A stretch of 58,212 bases of DNA, the filler included, from Stramenopiles sp. TOSAG23-6 (taxonomy: Eukaryota): the NCBI GenBank assembly GCA_900128565.1. It is 8 parts of 8 records of this genome, joined end to end, with 100 filler letters (N's around TTAATTAATTAA, not from the genome) between each part and the next. Parts side by side here need not be neighbours in the genome. Positions count along the whole stretch, not along the records: positions 7,309 to 14,511 come from LT636594.1; positions 14,612 to 21,814 come from LT636595.1; positions 21,915 to 29,110 come from LT636596.1; 5 more parts are not named here. One strand, written 5' to 3'. Shown piece after piece: positions 12,001 to 21,980 of the stretch. The translations under genes were made by a program, and so were the position numbers. A model generated the notes under the pieces. The model saw only the letters and a program-made list of their open reading frames with translations. It did not search any database and had not been told where the DNA came from. Numbering within the stretch: position 1 is the stretch's first letter; each line of letters opens with the position of its first letter.

Positions 12001-14511
12001 CGTCCTCGTCTTCGTCATCATCCATGTTGCTAGATTCTCTAAATTCACGCACAGAATTTAGAAGCCTCTGTCGTAGTTTTGTCTTTACTAAAACAAACCC
12101 CCGTTGTTTCTTGGATAATTTGATTTTTCCTTTGGCACTACCACGACCATGTTTCGCAAATTTAACAAACTTTTCATATTCAATTCGACCAGAGCTATCA
12201 GGATCAAAATGTAGAAGAACGGCGTATATATCACTAGATGTTAACGGTAATCCTAAGTTAGTCATTGCCATCCGAAATTTATTCAAAGGTATTGTTCCTC
12301 TATTTTTCTTATCGTATTTAGTAAATGCTTCAGATACTCTTAATTTAGTAATTTTCTGCGCGCGCATCACGCTGTTTAAGCGACGCTCAATTCTATCTAT
12401 TTCTGGATTTGGACAAACAAACTTAGCAAACGTAGAGTAGTCCAAAGATGCTTTTGGGTTCGGTAGTAAATATTCTAAAACCTCGTCAAGTTCGCCATTA
12501 TCCAATGAGATATATGTCATACCCCTTACGGTAGATCGAAATTCGGATACAGTAACATTACCACTACCGTCTTTATCTATATTTCTAAAGCTCTTCATTA
12601 GATTTGCTTTTGCTGTTTCAGAGTCATCAAATTCGTTGCGAATTGCTTCCCTGATCTTATACGCAACTTTTTCGACTTCTTCGGGACAAGCTTCTGTATA
12701 GAAAAATGCTAGAAATTCTTTATAATCAATCATGCCGTCACCATCAAGATCAAGACAGGACATTATATACAATTCTTCCGATTCTTTTAGGTTCCATTTT
12801 AATTTGGTCTTCAGACATTTAATAAAGTTTTCCGTGGATAACTTAGTACTTTCATCGGAAACTACTTCATCGGTTTCACTTACATAAGATTGGAAAAGCA
12901 GTTTAAGAGCATTGATTTTACTACCACCTCTTGCAGAAAGAGTCTTAGCCTTTTTACGAAATTTTTCTCTAATTTGCGAAATAATCATTGAACTTTCAGC
13001 ACTTTTCTTTTCTGTTTTTGTTTTTCTTCTAGCTTGAACGGTCCTAACTCTTTCGCATAATGCAACATAATCAATTTCATCCGAATCAGTCGTAAATCTT
13101 TCACACATCTGAAGCAATTCTTCTCTTCTTAGTGGAAATCCAACATCTTGACAACATTTGATAAAAACTTCGCGACTAAGTGTTTCATTGCCATCTTTAT
13201 CAACATTACGGAAAATACTTTCTGCTGTATTCTTTTCATTTTTCTTCTTTGTAGATTTTGATTCTAAATTACCTGTATCTTTGTCTTCACTAGAGCTACT
13301 GCCCTCCTCGTCTGGGGTTTTCTTGGCTGTACTATCATTTTTATGGTCAGTTGATAACATTATATAATCNACAACACCAAATATAGATGCCATTTTTTCT
13401 TCCGCCAAATCTGCATCAGCATTAGGCTGTAGAAAAGTGACGAATTCGGAGAAAGCGATAATGCCATCGTCATCGCGATCGAAAAAATTCAAGAGTTTTT
13501 TTCGTTCTTCCGATTTTAAAGTTACAAAACTAAGTTTTTTCAAAGCTTTATTCAACTCATCGATATCAACACCTCCGTCTTTGTTGCGGTCCAGTTTCTT
13601 GAATGCTACGCGAAGATCAAACTTTTCTTCTTTCATTTTTTTAATAATATCCATTCTTAATTTGTCGGCAAGTACATGTATTTCATCTTCTTCCAGTCCA
13701 CGAGANGCAAATTCGCTAAATTCTTTTACATCTACCAGCTCATCGCCATTTAAATCAAAACATCGCATCAAAATATCAAGGTCTTTTTCGCTCACTTTAA
13801 GTTTAAGCTTATTTAGAAGCACTGTCTGCATTTCCTGGAAGGTAATTTCTTCTGGATTTTCAAATTGGGCAAACAAGTGTGCAAAAGCTCTCCGACCTTG
13901 TACACCGCCTCTTCCTGATACATTTGCTATTGTTTCCATCATTTGCTCACGGAGCTCTGCTTTGATTAACACAAAATGAGATGATTTCCCTGATAATTTT
14001 AAACGCTTCTCATGACTATTAATAGATGAAGCTGAATCATCGGAATCTGCATTGCTCTCACTGTTAGATTCTGAAGTTGAACCACCATCACTTTCACCTT
14101 TTTCTTTCTTAATATTTTTACGCTTTGCTCGTATAAACTCTGCTCGAACTTTCTTTTCAACTTCGCCGTCTTCATAGACAACATCATATGTACCATCACC
14201 GCGTTTGCGTTTGATATTTGAGCTTACCCATTTACTACCACCATCATATTGGGTTTCAACGGATTGTTTCAGTTCAAAAACACCCGAAGCAAGAGAATCA
14301 TCGCTCTTTGGCTTTAATTTCTTCTTTTTAACATATTTACGCTTAACATGCTTTTCCGCTTTATACTTACTATTATGATAAATAATATCAAATGTTCCAT
14401 CATGTCTAACCTTTGTAACTTTACATTTAAGCCATTTAGATTTCCCTCCATATCTAGCTTCAATCTTATCACCCTCTTCAATTTCAGCATCATCATCAGT
14501 GACCATTTCAC
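9029..14511 (-). CDS. NPHP1: Nephrocystin-1-like protein with N-terminal Tudor-like repeats and many EF-hands, probably 5' partial
   Basis: Many EF loops (DLNGDELVD, DRNKDGGVD, DKDGSGNVT, DADGSKTLD). C-terminal RRTVRCCLW..GNQHIV..W..W.F, IFEL, SCGW, GGT, LP..I..YR, SHPTLKLFP, PFHITE follow the NPHP1 C-terminal domain in order. Frame is open to the contig end. Confidence 0.75.
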
Positions 14512-14611
14512 NNNNNNNNNNNNNNNNNNNNNNNNNNNNNNNNNNNNNNNNNNNNTTAATTAATTAANNNNNNNNNNNNNNNNNNNNNNNNNNNNNNNNN
14601 NNNNNNNNNNN
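14512..14611. other. Artificial contig spacer
   Basis: N-TTAATTAATTAA-N. Confidence 0.97.
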
Positions 14612-14662
14612 CGAAATTTTGTACCTAACGATTTTTTTTTGAAATATTTTTCCAAAATACAT
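14612..14662 (+). other. Family intron, 3' half ending CAT
   Basis: CGAAATTTTGTACCTAACGATTTTTTTTTGAAATATTTTTCCAAAATACAT|. Confidence 0.8.
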
Positions 14663-15071
14663 GATTCCACAGGGCGAAAAAGAAACACTGACAAAAATTC
14701 AGACTATAAAAAGACAAATATGTGACGATGGATTAGATGAAGCTTGTGAGCTTTTGGGATGGCCTCATCCTCTAGATTATCGTATTGTACAGCAAAAGTA
14801 CATAAAAGAGTATAACAGAAATAATCGTCTTAAAATTGGACTTGGCAACAAACAACTAAATGGCGTCCCGCGTAAGTATGCAAGTGGTAGCACAGCTGTC
14901 AGAAAAACATTTAGTTATCAAAAAAGTGAATCAAGTGGTAATTCATATGCATCTTCTTCGAGACGTTCGCCGCATTCCCCATCTAGATCACCATCTAACA
15001 AAGGGGATTCATATAGGATGTCAACAAAAGCGGAAACAACAGAAAAAATACAATACAAAAGTCACACATAG
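14663..15071 (+). CDS. Terminal exon of an unknown protein
   Basis: Open frame after the intron acceptor; the ORF-track ATG overlaps the intron's CAT|G boundary. Confidence 0.6.
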
Positions 15072-15208
15072 ACTTCTTACATTATTGGGGAATAAAATAG
15101 GAATAGAGTCATATGTGAAAAAAATATGAAAGCTTTTATATAATACATTATAAATTATATGGCTTTTTTTTAGTTGTTTTATTTCTTTTTGTTATTTTTT
15201 TAATGATA

Positions 15209-16087
15209 TCACACATAAAGCATTCTATTATTATCTCGTCTCTTGTTAGGTGTTTCGGACAGGATATTTGAAAAATTCAAAGTCATTTCATCATCAATGG
15301 ATTCATCGGTGGCACTATTATAGTCTTTATAGCCTATGTTATATTCAGTTGAATTATCATGTACTTTCTCAAGTGTCCTCGGATTAAAGTTAGCAGGGTT
15401 AGGGTTATTTACTTTTGTCGAAGGGTTAGGGTTGCTTTGGTTTCTTATATAGAACGTTTTAACTATTTGTTCAAGAACCTCAATTCGTTTATCTTTTATC
15501 TTGAGTAGTTTATTCAATAGTTCTATTTGATTATTATACGCTTTCATTTCAGAGTTTTTTATGTACTGTAAAAATATATGTCAAATTAGAAATTTGTTAG
15601 GTATAAAGTGTAGTACAAAAAAAAAAGTTCGAAATTGATTAGGGTTAGGGTTAACATACATAGAAAGTAATTCACGAGAGTTAGATATGACAGCTTCCTT
15701 TTCTACTATAAGTTCATTATTTGCGTCTCCCAATGCGTTTAATTCAACTACCTTACGCAATAAATTGTGAGTTTCAAAACGTGGATCATTAAGCAGAGAC
15801 AAATTCAGTTCACTCTGAATAAGTTCGATTTGTGTCTGCAGAGATTTAAAATTCTTTTTGCCTATTGGACGTTTTCGCCATTTTTTACTCTTCTGCAATT
15901 CTTTAGATGCCATGTTTGCGTTGTAGCTTATTTGCGCGTGTAGACCAATATACTCAGCCTTTTTCGCACTAATATATGGATTACTTAGTCGTGTTTTCAA
16001 TTTTCTGAGTTGTTTTACGTCTTCAAAAGTCGATCGCACAATCGTTTGTAGTTCTAAAGTTTTGTTCTTTATCTGCATTGACGACAT
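15209..16087 (-). CDS. Hypothetical coiled-coil protein; exons 16087..15660 and 15560..15209
   Basis: Two ORFs joined in frame (ELLS-I-KNSEMKAYNNQ) by removing 15561..15659. Confidence 0.7.
15561..15659 (-). other. Non-canonical GT-AT intron (99 nt, phase 2) containing (AACCCT)2
   Basis: TCT AT|GTATGTTAACCCTAACCCTAA...ATACCTAAC...TTTTTACAGTACAT|A AAA AAC; using the CAG 5 nt upstream gives ATT ACA TAA (stop). Confidence 0.8.
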
Positions 16088-16407
16088 TATTTTCCAGGAG
16101 GTTAGAACATAAGAGTATTGTGTATATAGAAGTTATTTTATATCATTGTTGTTGAAGTCTCTCAGAGAACTTTCATAATTTTATTGATGAACCTGATCTG
16201 ATCCTAACTTTTATACCGTTTTTTTCGAAAAAAAAAACGAAAGAAAAAAACGTTTCAACATCAAAAAATCAAGGATTATTTGACTTGTATCATACTACTA
16301 CTAGTTACAATCATGTCTTAGTTAGGTAAAAAATGTTTCCACTATACTGAAAAGTATTGCAATACACATTAAAGATTATTTCTGGATACTAGCATATTAG
16401 TCTAGGA

Positions 16408-18798
16408 ATGGACGAGGGGTGGTTATTTTCTGGATATTTGGATAAAAGAACGTCGGGTATTCGAAAAAAGTGGATTCAAAGATTCTTTGTGTTGAAGCAT
16501 GACGTGGTACCGACAGTTTCGTCACCTAAAAAACAAAAAAAATTGAAACCACCAGAAAAGAGTGTAATACGGGGTCGAAATGATCACTTACAGCTGCAGT
16601 GGTTCCGTGGCGCTCATGAATCTCACAGTGGATCTAATCCTAAAGGATCATTTTTCTTATGTAAGGACACTACAATAGTTGAATCTGTTGAGCTGAGCAA
16701 TGCATCGATATACTCGCGACCGTACTGTTTTGAGATCAATTTTAAGGGAAAAGAGGAGCGAAGACTTATTTTATCTGCTCATACAAAAGATGAACGATAT
16801 CGGTGGATTCAATCTGTACAAAATATTCTTACAAATGTTAATGGGGGTGAACTCCACAAAGCAAAAATGAAGTCAAAAAAACAAGAAAATATAAAAAAAC
16901 AACAAAATATACGTAAAAGATTAAATACTGAAAATGTAAACACGTCCAAAATAGAAAAACAACAAAACAATGATTCTTCTTCTATTCTACTAGACAGTAC
17001 AATACAGGCTTTAGACCCTACACCGGACCATATTCCTAATCCTCTAGAGACAAAGAGCACTACTTCTACAACATCTCTAGATAGCACTATTGCAACCGAA
17101 AAAGGTCAACAATCACCACAGACCAAATCAATTTTGTCTGTTGAAACCAAAACTGAATGTACCAAATCAATTTTGTCTGTTGAAACCAAAACTGAATGTA
17201 CTGGTAGTAATGAACAAGTCATCCATCCTCTATATACAATAAATGAAAAAATTTTGTGTTTTTATAAAAAGAGATGGTATGATGGAATCATTAAACAATT
17301 CAAATGTGTACATTCAAATTTTACTACCATGAAGGCTAATTATCGATGGTGTAGTGCAAAAGATGGTGGCTGGACAAGATCCCCAATGTATATTAAAAAA
17401 TGGATATTTTGTGTAGAAATTGTCAATTTTGTGGGTACATCCAAAAGTTTTACAATAGAAAATGTGGAGGAAGGTTCTCTACGTAAAACTCAAAATGACA
17501 TTTTCCATGGTAGTCAAATACATAAATTCACAAAATCTATACTAAGGACAATAACATCAACAAATACTGATACGAATAAGAACACGAAATCTCGTGAAGA
17601 GCCTATACTAAGGACAAATACTGATACCCCCTCCCCTACGAGTAAGAACACGAAACCTTTTGAAGAACATGAGACAATACAAGCTAACAAACTATCTAAA
17701 ATACAATCGATAACGAGAAGCGAAAATCCAATATATAAAAAAGGGAATTCTGTACGATTATTAGACTATACTACTACTACATACGGCATTGTTCATTCTA
17801 TAGTGTATCGACAGCAATCAACGAAAACACCTCATAAAAAAACACCATATAACAATATTTCTTATAATGTTGAAATCTTTACGAATAATCTTTCTAATGA
17901 ATTATATACAAAACAAAATAGCACAATAGTAACCTACATTCATGAAAAGCGAATAATGCCAGTAGACATATACTACGTGAATGATATTATTTTAGGTAAT
18001 TATAGAGGCGATGATGAATTTTACCTTGGCAAAGTTGTTCAAAAACATAATTACGCTAGATACCCTTTTAATACTAAATACGATATTCAATATGAAGATG
18101 GTGTCATTGAAAAATATGTGTCATTAGATAAAATACTATATTTTGGAGAGTTACACAAAGGTGATACAGTACAAGCATATTTACCAAAGCTACTTCAGTG
18201 TGACGACCAGGGCTGGTGTGATGCAACTATAAAACATATATACGAAGGGAATATATATGACGTGACTGTGAAGAATAATATAGCAAATATGCAAAGTGTA
18301 GTTGTAACTACTAGTGCCAGGTACATACGTACAAATAGTTTCAAATTAATGCTTCAAAGATCTAAACAATATACCCAGAAACAAAAAAATATCAAAAATG
18401 AAAAATATCAAAAAAAACAATCGACACAGAAAAATAGTAAATGTAACATTGAAAGTTCCATTTTTTGTATTAGTGATAAAGTTTGCGTAATAAATCCGAA
18501 TAAAAACAACAAGTCAAATAATGAGAAAAGACGTGGAACAATATATAAAGTCCATAGAAATGATAAAGAAGAATTTCATGTGAACAACCCGTGTTTTACC
18601 ATATTGCTTGCAAATGGGAAAATATTGACCAATGTTCCAATATTATGGATAAAACATGATGCTAACGATGTTGATGATGATGCTGATGTTGATGATGTTG
18701 ATGATGTTGATGATGTTGATGATGAGGATATATACAATAAACTATTGAATGAGGAAGAGATCGGCTACAAGAGATGGTTGGAGTTCAATATGAAATAA
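16408..18798 (+). CDS. PH-domain protein with C-terminal Tudor-like repeats
   Basis: SGYLDKRTSGIRKKWIQRFFVL...RPYCFEI...LILSAHTKDERYRWIQSVQ (PH); GNYRGDDEFYLGKV...YDIQYEDGVIEKYV (Tudor-like). Confidence 0.8.
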   Translation: MDEGWLFSGYLDKRTSGIRKKWIQRFFVLKHDVVPTVSSPKKQKKLKPPEKSVIRGRNDHLQLQWFRGAHESHSGSNPKGSFFLCKDTTIVESVELSNASIYSRPYCFEINFKGKEERRLILSAHTKDERYRWIQSVQNILTNVNGGELHKAKMKSKKQENIKKQQNIRKRLNTENVNTSKIEKQQNNDSSSILLDSTIQALDPTPDHIPNPLETKSTTSTTSLDSTIATEKGQQSPQTKSILSVETKTECTKSILSVETKTECTGSNEQVIHPLYTINEKILCFYKKRWYDGIIKQFKCVHSNFTTMKANYRWCSAKDGGWTRSPMYIKKWIFCVEIVNFVGTSKSFTIENVEEGSLRKTQNDIFHGSQIHKFTKSILRTITSTNTDTNKNTKSREEPILRTNTDTPSPTSKNTKPFEEHETIQANKLSKIQSITRSENPIYKKGNSVRLLDYTTTTYGIVHSIVYRQQSTKTPHKKTPYNNISYNVEIFTNNLSNELYTKQNSTIVTYIHEKRIMPVDIYYVNDIILGNYRGDDEFYLGKVVQKHNYARYPFNTKYDIQYEDGVIEKYVSLDKILYFGELHKGDTVQAYLPKLLQCDDQGWCDATIKHIYEGNIYDVTVKNNIANMQSVVVTTSARYIRTNSFKLMLQRSKQYTQKQKNIKNEKYQKKQSTQKNSKCNIESSIFCISDKVCVINPNKNNKSNNEKRRGTIYKVHRNDKEEFHVNNPCFTILLANGKILTNVPILWIKHDANDVDDDADVDDVDDVDDVDDEDIYNKLLNEEEIGYKRWLEFNMK

Positions 18799-18977
18799 TA
18801 AATTGCAAATTCAATTCAATTTTTTTTTTTAAATCAGTTAAAATACCGTTAAAATACCGTTATAATTCATACGTACCTTAAAAACTACTACTACATCTAT
18901 CTAGCTAGCCTTTTGTTTATCTTTCAATGCACAAATGTTACAACATAAATTAGGATGGACTTCTAATAAATGAAATC

Positions 18978-20501
18978 ATGAAGTCATACAAATGGCTACT
19001 ACTAGTTCTATTCCTATTGCACGGAATAACTATAGATTGTAGTCATAATAGTCGTGAGAAACATCCTCCAAAGCCTTTAACCTGGATTGAAGTTACTCAA
19101 TTTGAGGTCATAAGAATACTTCTTGCAGTAAAATATGTGACATTTAGATGGGGAAGAAGTCACATTCGCCATGGTTCCTCAATATATTCTGGTAGTAATG
19201 GACTCGCTCTTTTGCAAACCGTTAATTCAAAAGTTTACTTAGGAGATGATATAGTCGACAGTGACGAAACTAACGATGAACCTTGGGATGAGATATGTCC
19301 AAGTTATATTTTTGGACTTCAAATGCGTGTGCTGAAACAAAAAAGACAACTATCCGATGCGACGAAGAAAGTGAATACAGCTATCGAAAATCTCAATGTA
19401 TTTCATAGAAAAAATAACCCTAAGGATGTAGCAACAGCTCAAAAAATGTTAGTTGAAGCTTCCGAAGCCGCATTTACCGCTCAACTTGAGGTAGCAGAAG
19501 CTACAGAACTTTTCGAGAAAGAAAAAACCGTGGAATTAATGTATGCCATGAATACAGCTCAACAGCGCACAAAAACATTTATCGAAGCTGAAGTTCAAGC
19601 TAGAGCCAATGCAATGATTGCTGCTAAAGCCACCCTTGCAGCACAAACCGCAGGATTTGACGAAACTATAGCTAGTGCTAAACTTAAAGAACTCGAAACA
19701 ATAAAAATTCACGCCTCGGCGACAAAACAAGCTGTAAAATCCAAGGAAGTCGCTTTTGAATCTAAGAAAAAATTCAACCAATCTTGTGAGGCAGTAGCTG
19801 ATTTAGAAATGTCGAATGCAAAAGAAGCTGTCAAAGTAGCAGAAAATTCGAATCGATTTTATACAAAGAAAGCTATGGAAATTAGTGAGAAAGCCACACT
19901 AACGCTGCAAAAGGTAAATAAAACAGTAGCTAAGCTGAAAGTAACTTGCAAGGATGCATATGAAGCTATAATCAAATCATACGCAGATTACAAATCGGCT
20001 GTCAAAGCTAGAAAAAAAGCTGATGAATCTGCTAAAGCTAAAAAAAAAGCGGAAGATGATGCCAAAGATGCAAATGGAGTCGCTAGAGCTACAAAAAAGG
20101 CTAAAGACGATGCAAAAAATGCAGATATCGCTGAAACAAAAGCAAAGATAAGCGCTGAAGCTGAAATTGCAGCAATTAAAAAGAGACAAGAGTTTTGTAA
20201 TTTTGAAGTGAAGAGCGAGCCAACGTTTAAAATGCATTATCAAATTTTGAAGTTATTCTCATTGCTAAGAAGTGTGAAATCTCAAATCGAAACTGATGGG
20301 AGTTGTAGTCAAGATGAAACGAGTCGGTCTTTCTTATTTGACTATGGAAGTTCAATATTTTTGATGTCTACAGTAGATGGAAAGGTCTTTATAGAAGATG
20401 AGAATGTTGGTACTTTAAATAGTGACGAGAATGACAATAGTAGTCAAAATAATAGTAGACAAAATAGTGATCAAAATAATGCTCTTCTACGATTACAATG
20501 A
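18978..20501 (+). CDS. Secreted Ala/Lys-rich coiled-coil protein, function unknown
   Basis: Signal-peptide-like N-terminus MKSYKWLLLVLFLLHGITIDC and a long helical Ala/Lys/Glu region. Confidence 0.65.
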   Translation: MKSYKWLLLVLFLLHGITIDCSHNSREKHPPKPLTWIEVTQFEVIRILLAVKYVTFRWGRSHIRHGSSIYSGSNGLALLQTVNSKVYLGDDIVDSDETNDEPWDEICPSYIFGLQMRVLKQKRQLSDATKKVNTAIENLNVFHRKNNPKDVATAQKMLVEASEAAFTAQLEVAEATELFEKEKTVELMYAMNTAQQRTKTFIEAEVQARANAMIAAKATLAAQTAGFDETIASAKLKELETIKIHASATKQAVKSKEVAFESKKKFNQSCEAVADLEMSNAKEAVKVAENSNRFYTKKAMEISEKATLTLQKVNKTVAKLKVTCKDAYEAIIKSYADYKSAVKARKKADESAKAKKKAEDDAKDANGVARATKKAKDDAKNADIAETKAKISAEAEIAAIKKRQEFCNFEVKSEPTFKMHYQILKLFSLLRSVKSQIETDGSCSQDETSRSFLFDYGSSIFLMSTVDGKVFIEDENVGTLNSDENDNSSQNNSRQNSDQNNALLRLQ

Positions 20502-20624
20502 AAGAATACAAAAAAGCAAAAACAAAAAAACAATTGCTACAAAATATTTTACATGAATACATCAACATTCAAAACCAAATTATTAAGTACAACGTTTATT
20601 GTGAAAACAAAAAAAAATTAAATA

Positions 20625-21760
20625 TTATTTATTTCTATTTTTCCATTGTTCACACAAAAAACGTTGTTCCAATTTTGTGTCTCTACCATGAAAATGTTTT
20701 CCTCCATCTGACTGATGCTTCAAAATTTCTCTTAATTCATCACAAATCTCCAGAACTGATTTTTTCATAGCTTTAGCATCATTCTGATTACAGTCTAGTA
20801 TAGTTTGTCTAGTTATAGCTCTGAACTCTTGCAAAATTTCTAAAAATTTATTATCCTGTACATCATTCATAATAGAATGATTTGTAGTATTGGTTTCGGA
20901 ATGAACCAATTTATCAAACATATTTGGATCAATAATCTGTATGCCACCAATGCAACGCTCTGATATATATTGTAAAACAATAATTCAAAAATTTGATTCG
21001 TTTTGTTAGGTACAGAATTTTCTATAAAAAAAAAATGAAAATAAAATGAAAACATACAAACCCATAACAGATAATATTGAATGTATCTGTGCTCTTGCTG
21101 CCAAAAGTAATTCTATATTTAAATCTATATTTGAGGCATTTGGCAAATTTGAAACTGTTTTTTCCGTACTTAATTTCGTATCTAACGAATTTCGAATTTC
21201 TTCATGACATTTTATATATTTATGTGTAGTTTTTATTGTATTTCCTAGTATCGACAAAACCTTTGGTGTATCGAAATCGTTTCGAAATGCTTCTTTGATT
21301 TCATTATTTGATGTTGTAATTATCGAAAACAACATATTATCATTGGAACAAAATTGTCTGTTTTGTGGACCATTTCGTTTTTTCTGTTCAAGATGAGCTG
21401 ACTTTATTGTTTCTTCAGTAATATTTAAAAATGTTGTCATCTTTTTTAAAATAATTGAAGCTTCTTTCATACTTTCTATAGAGTAGTGTACATCACTACT
21501 GTATTTATGTATTTTGGAAAAATATTTCAAAAAAAATTCTAAAAAATTTGTTAGGTACAAAATGTCGTACGAAAAATAAATTCGATTTTTTTGTTTGAAA
21601 AAAAAATAAAACATACATGTTGTAAACACCATATGCGAAATGTATCTGCACAAATTTCTTTTGTCTCCGAATCTGAAAATTTGTGTTTTGATTTTAATAA
21701 GTTCTGAATAGTGATAAAATTTTTTAAAGACTTTGACATTTTCATTCCTTTAATATGAAC
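20625..21760 (-). CDS. CARS: Cysteinyl-tRNA synthetase, C-terminal part (5' partial); exons 21760..21617, 21506..21058, 20964..20625
   Basis: VHIKGMKMSKSLKNFITI (KMSKS), spliced FRIWCLQH|KYSSDVHYS..SM.EA, DFDTPKVL, ILSVMGL, FR..TR, ICDELR. Confidence 0.88.
20965..21057 (-). other. Non-canonical GT-AT intron (93 nt, ends TAT, phase 2)
   Basis: GGT TT|GTATGT...AATTCTGTACCTAAC...TTTTACAATATAT|A TCA GAG. Confidence 0.8.
21507..21616 (-). other. Non-canonical GT-AT intron (110 nt, phase 0)
   Basis: CAA CAT|GTATGT...TTTTCGTACGACATTTTGTACCTAAC...CCAAAATACAT|AAA TAC restores the CysRS motif. Confidence 0.9.
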
Positions 21761-21814
21761 ATGTATTTTGGAAAAATATTTCAAAAAACAATTTCAATTT
21801 GTTAGGTACAAAAT
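21761..21814 (-). other. Family intron, 3' half ending CAT
   Basis: ATTTTGTACCTAAC...GAAATATTTTTCCAAAATACAT|GTT CAT ATT AAA GGA ATG AAA ATG TCA AAG. Confidence 0.85.
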
Positions 21815-21914
21815 NNNNNNNNNNNNNNNNNNNNNNNNNNNNNNNNNNNNNNNNNNNNTTAATTAATTAANNNNNNNNNNNNNNNNNNNNNNNNNNNNNN
21901 NNNNNNNNNNNNNN
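21815..21914. other. Artificial contig spacer
   Basis: N-TTAATTAATTAA-N. Confidence 0.97.
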
Positions 21915-21980
21915 TTTCGTACGAAATTTTGTACCTAACAATTTTTAGTTTTTTTTTTGAAATATTTTTCCAAAATACAT
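21915..21980 (+). other. Family intron, 3' half ending CAT
   Basis: TTTCGTACGAAATTTTGTACCTAAC...GAAATATTTTTCCAAAATACAT|GGC GGT. Confidence 0.8.

Noticed and set aside
11598-13979. Long antisense ORFs opposite the EF-hand, dynein and Cys-rich genes
   Set aside because: Shadow frames caused by codon bias, with no domain signal.
14661-14663. ORF-track starts and Phe-rich peptides such as MKYFSKIH, LYLTIFFEIFFQNT and FVRNFVPN as a shared protein motif
   Set aside because: They are translations of the intron consensus, not coding sequence.
17121-17202. Coding tandem duplications (39 bp here, 57 bp near 45649-45760, 36 bp near 1997-2072) as mobile or CRISPR-like repeats
   Set aside because: In-frame two-copy slippage duplications in disordered regions with no spacers; ordinary.
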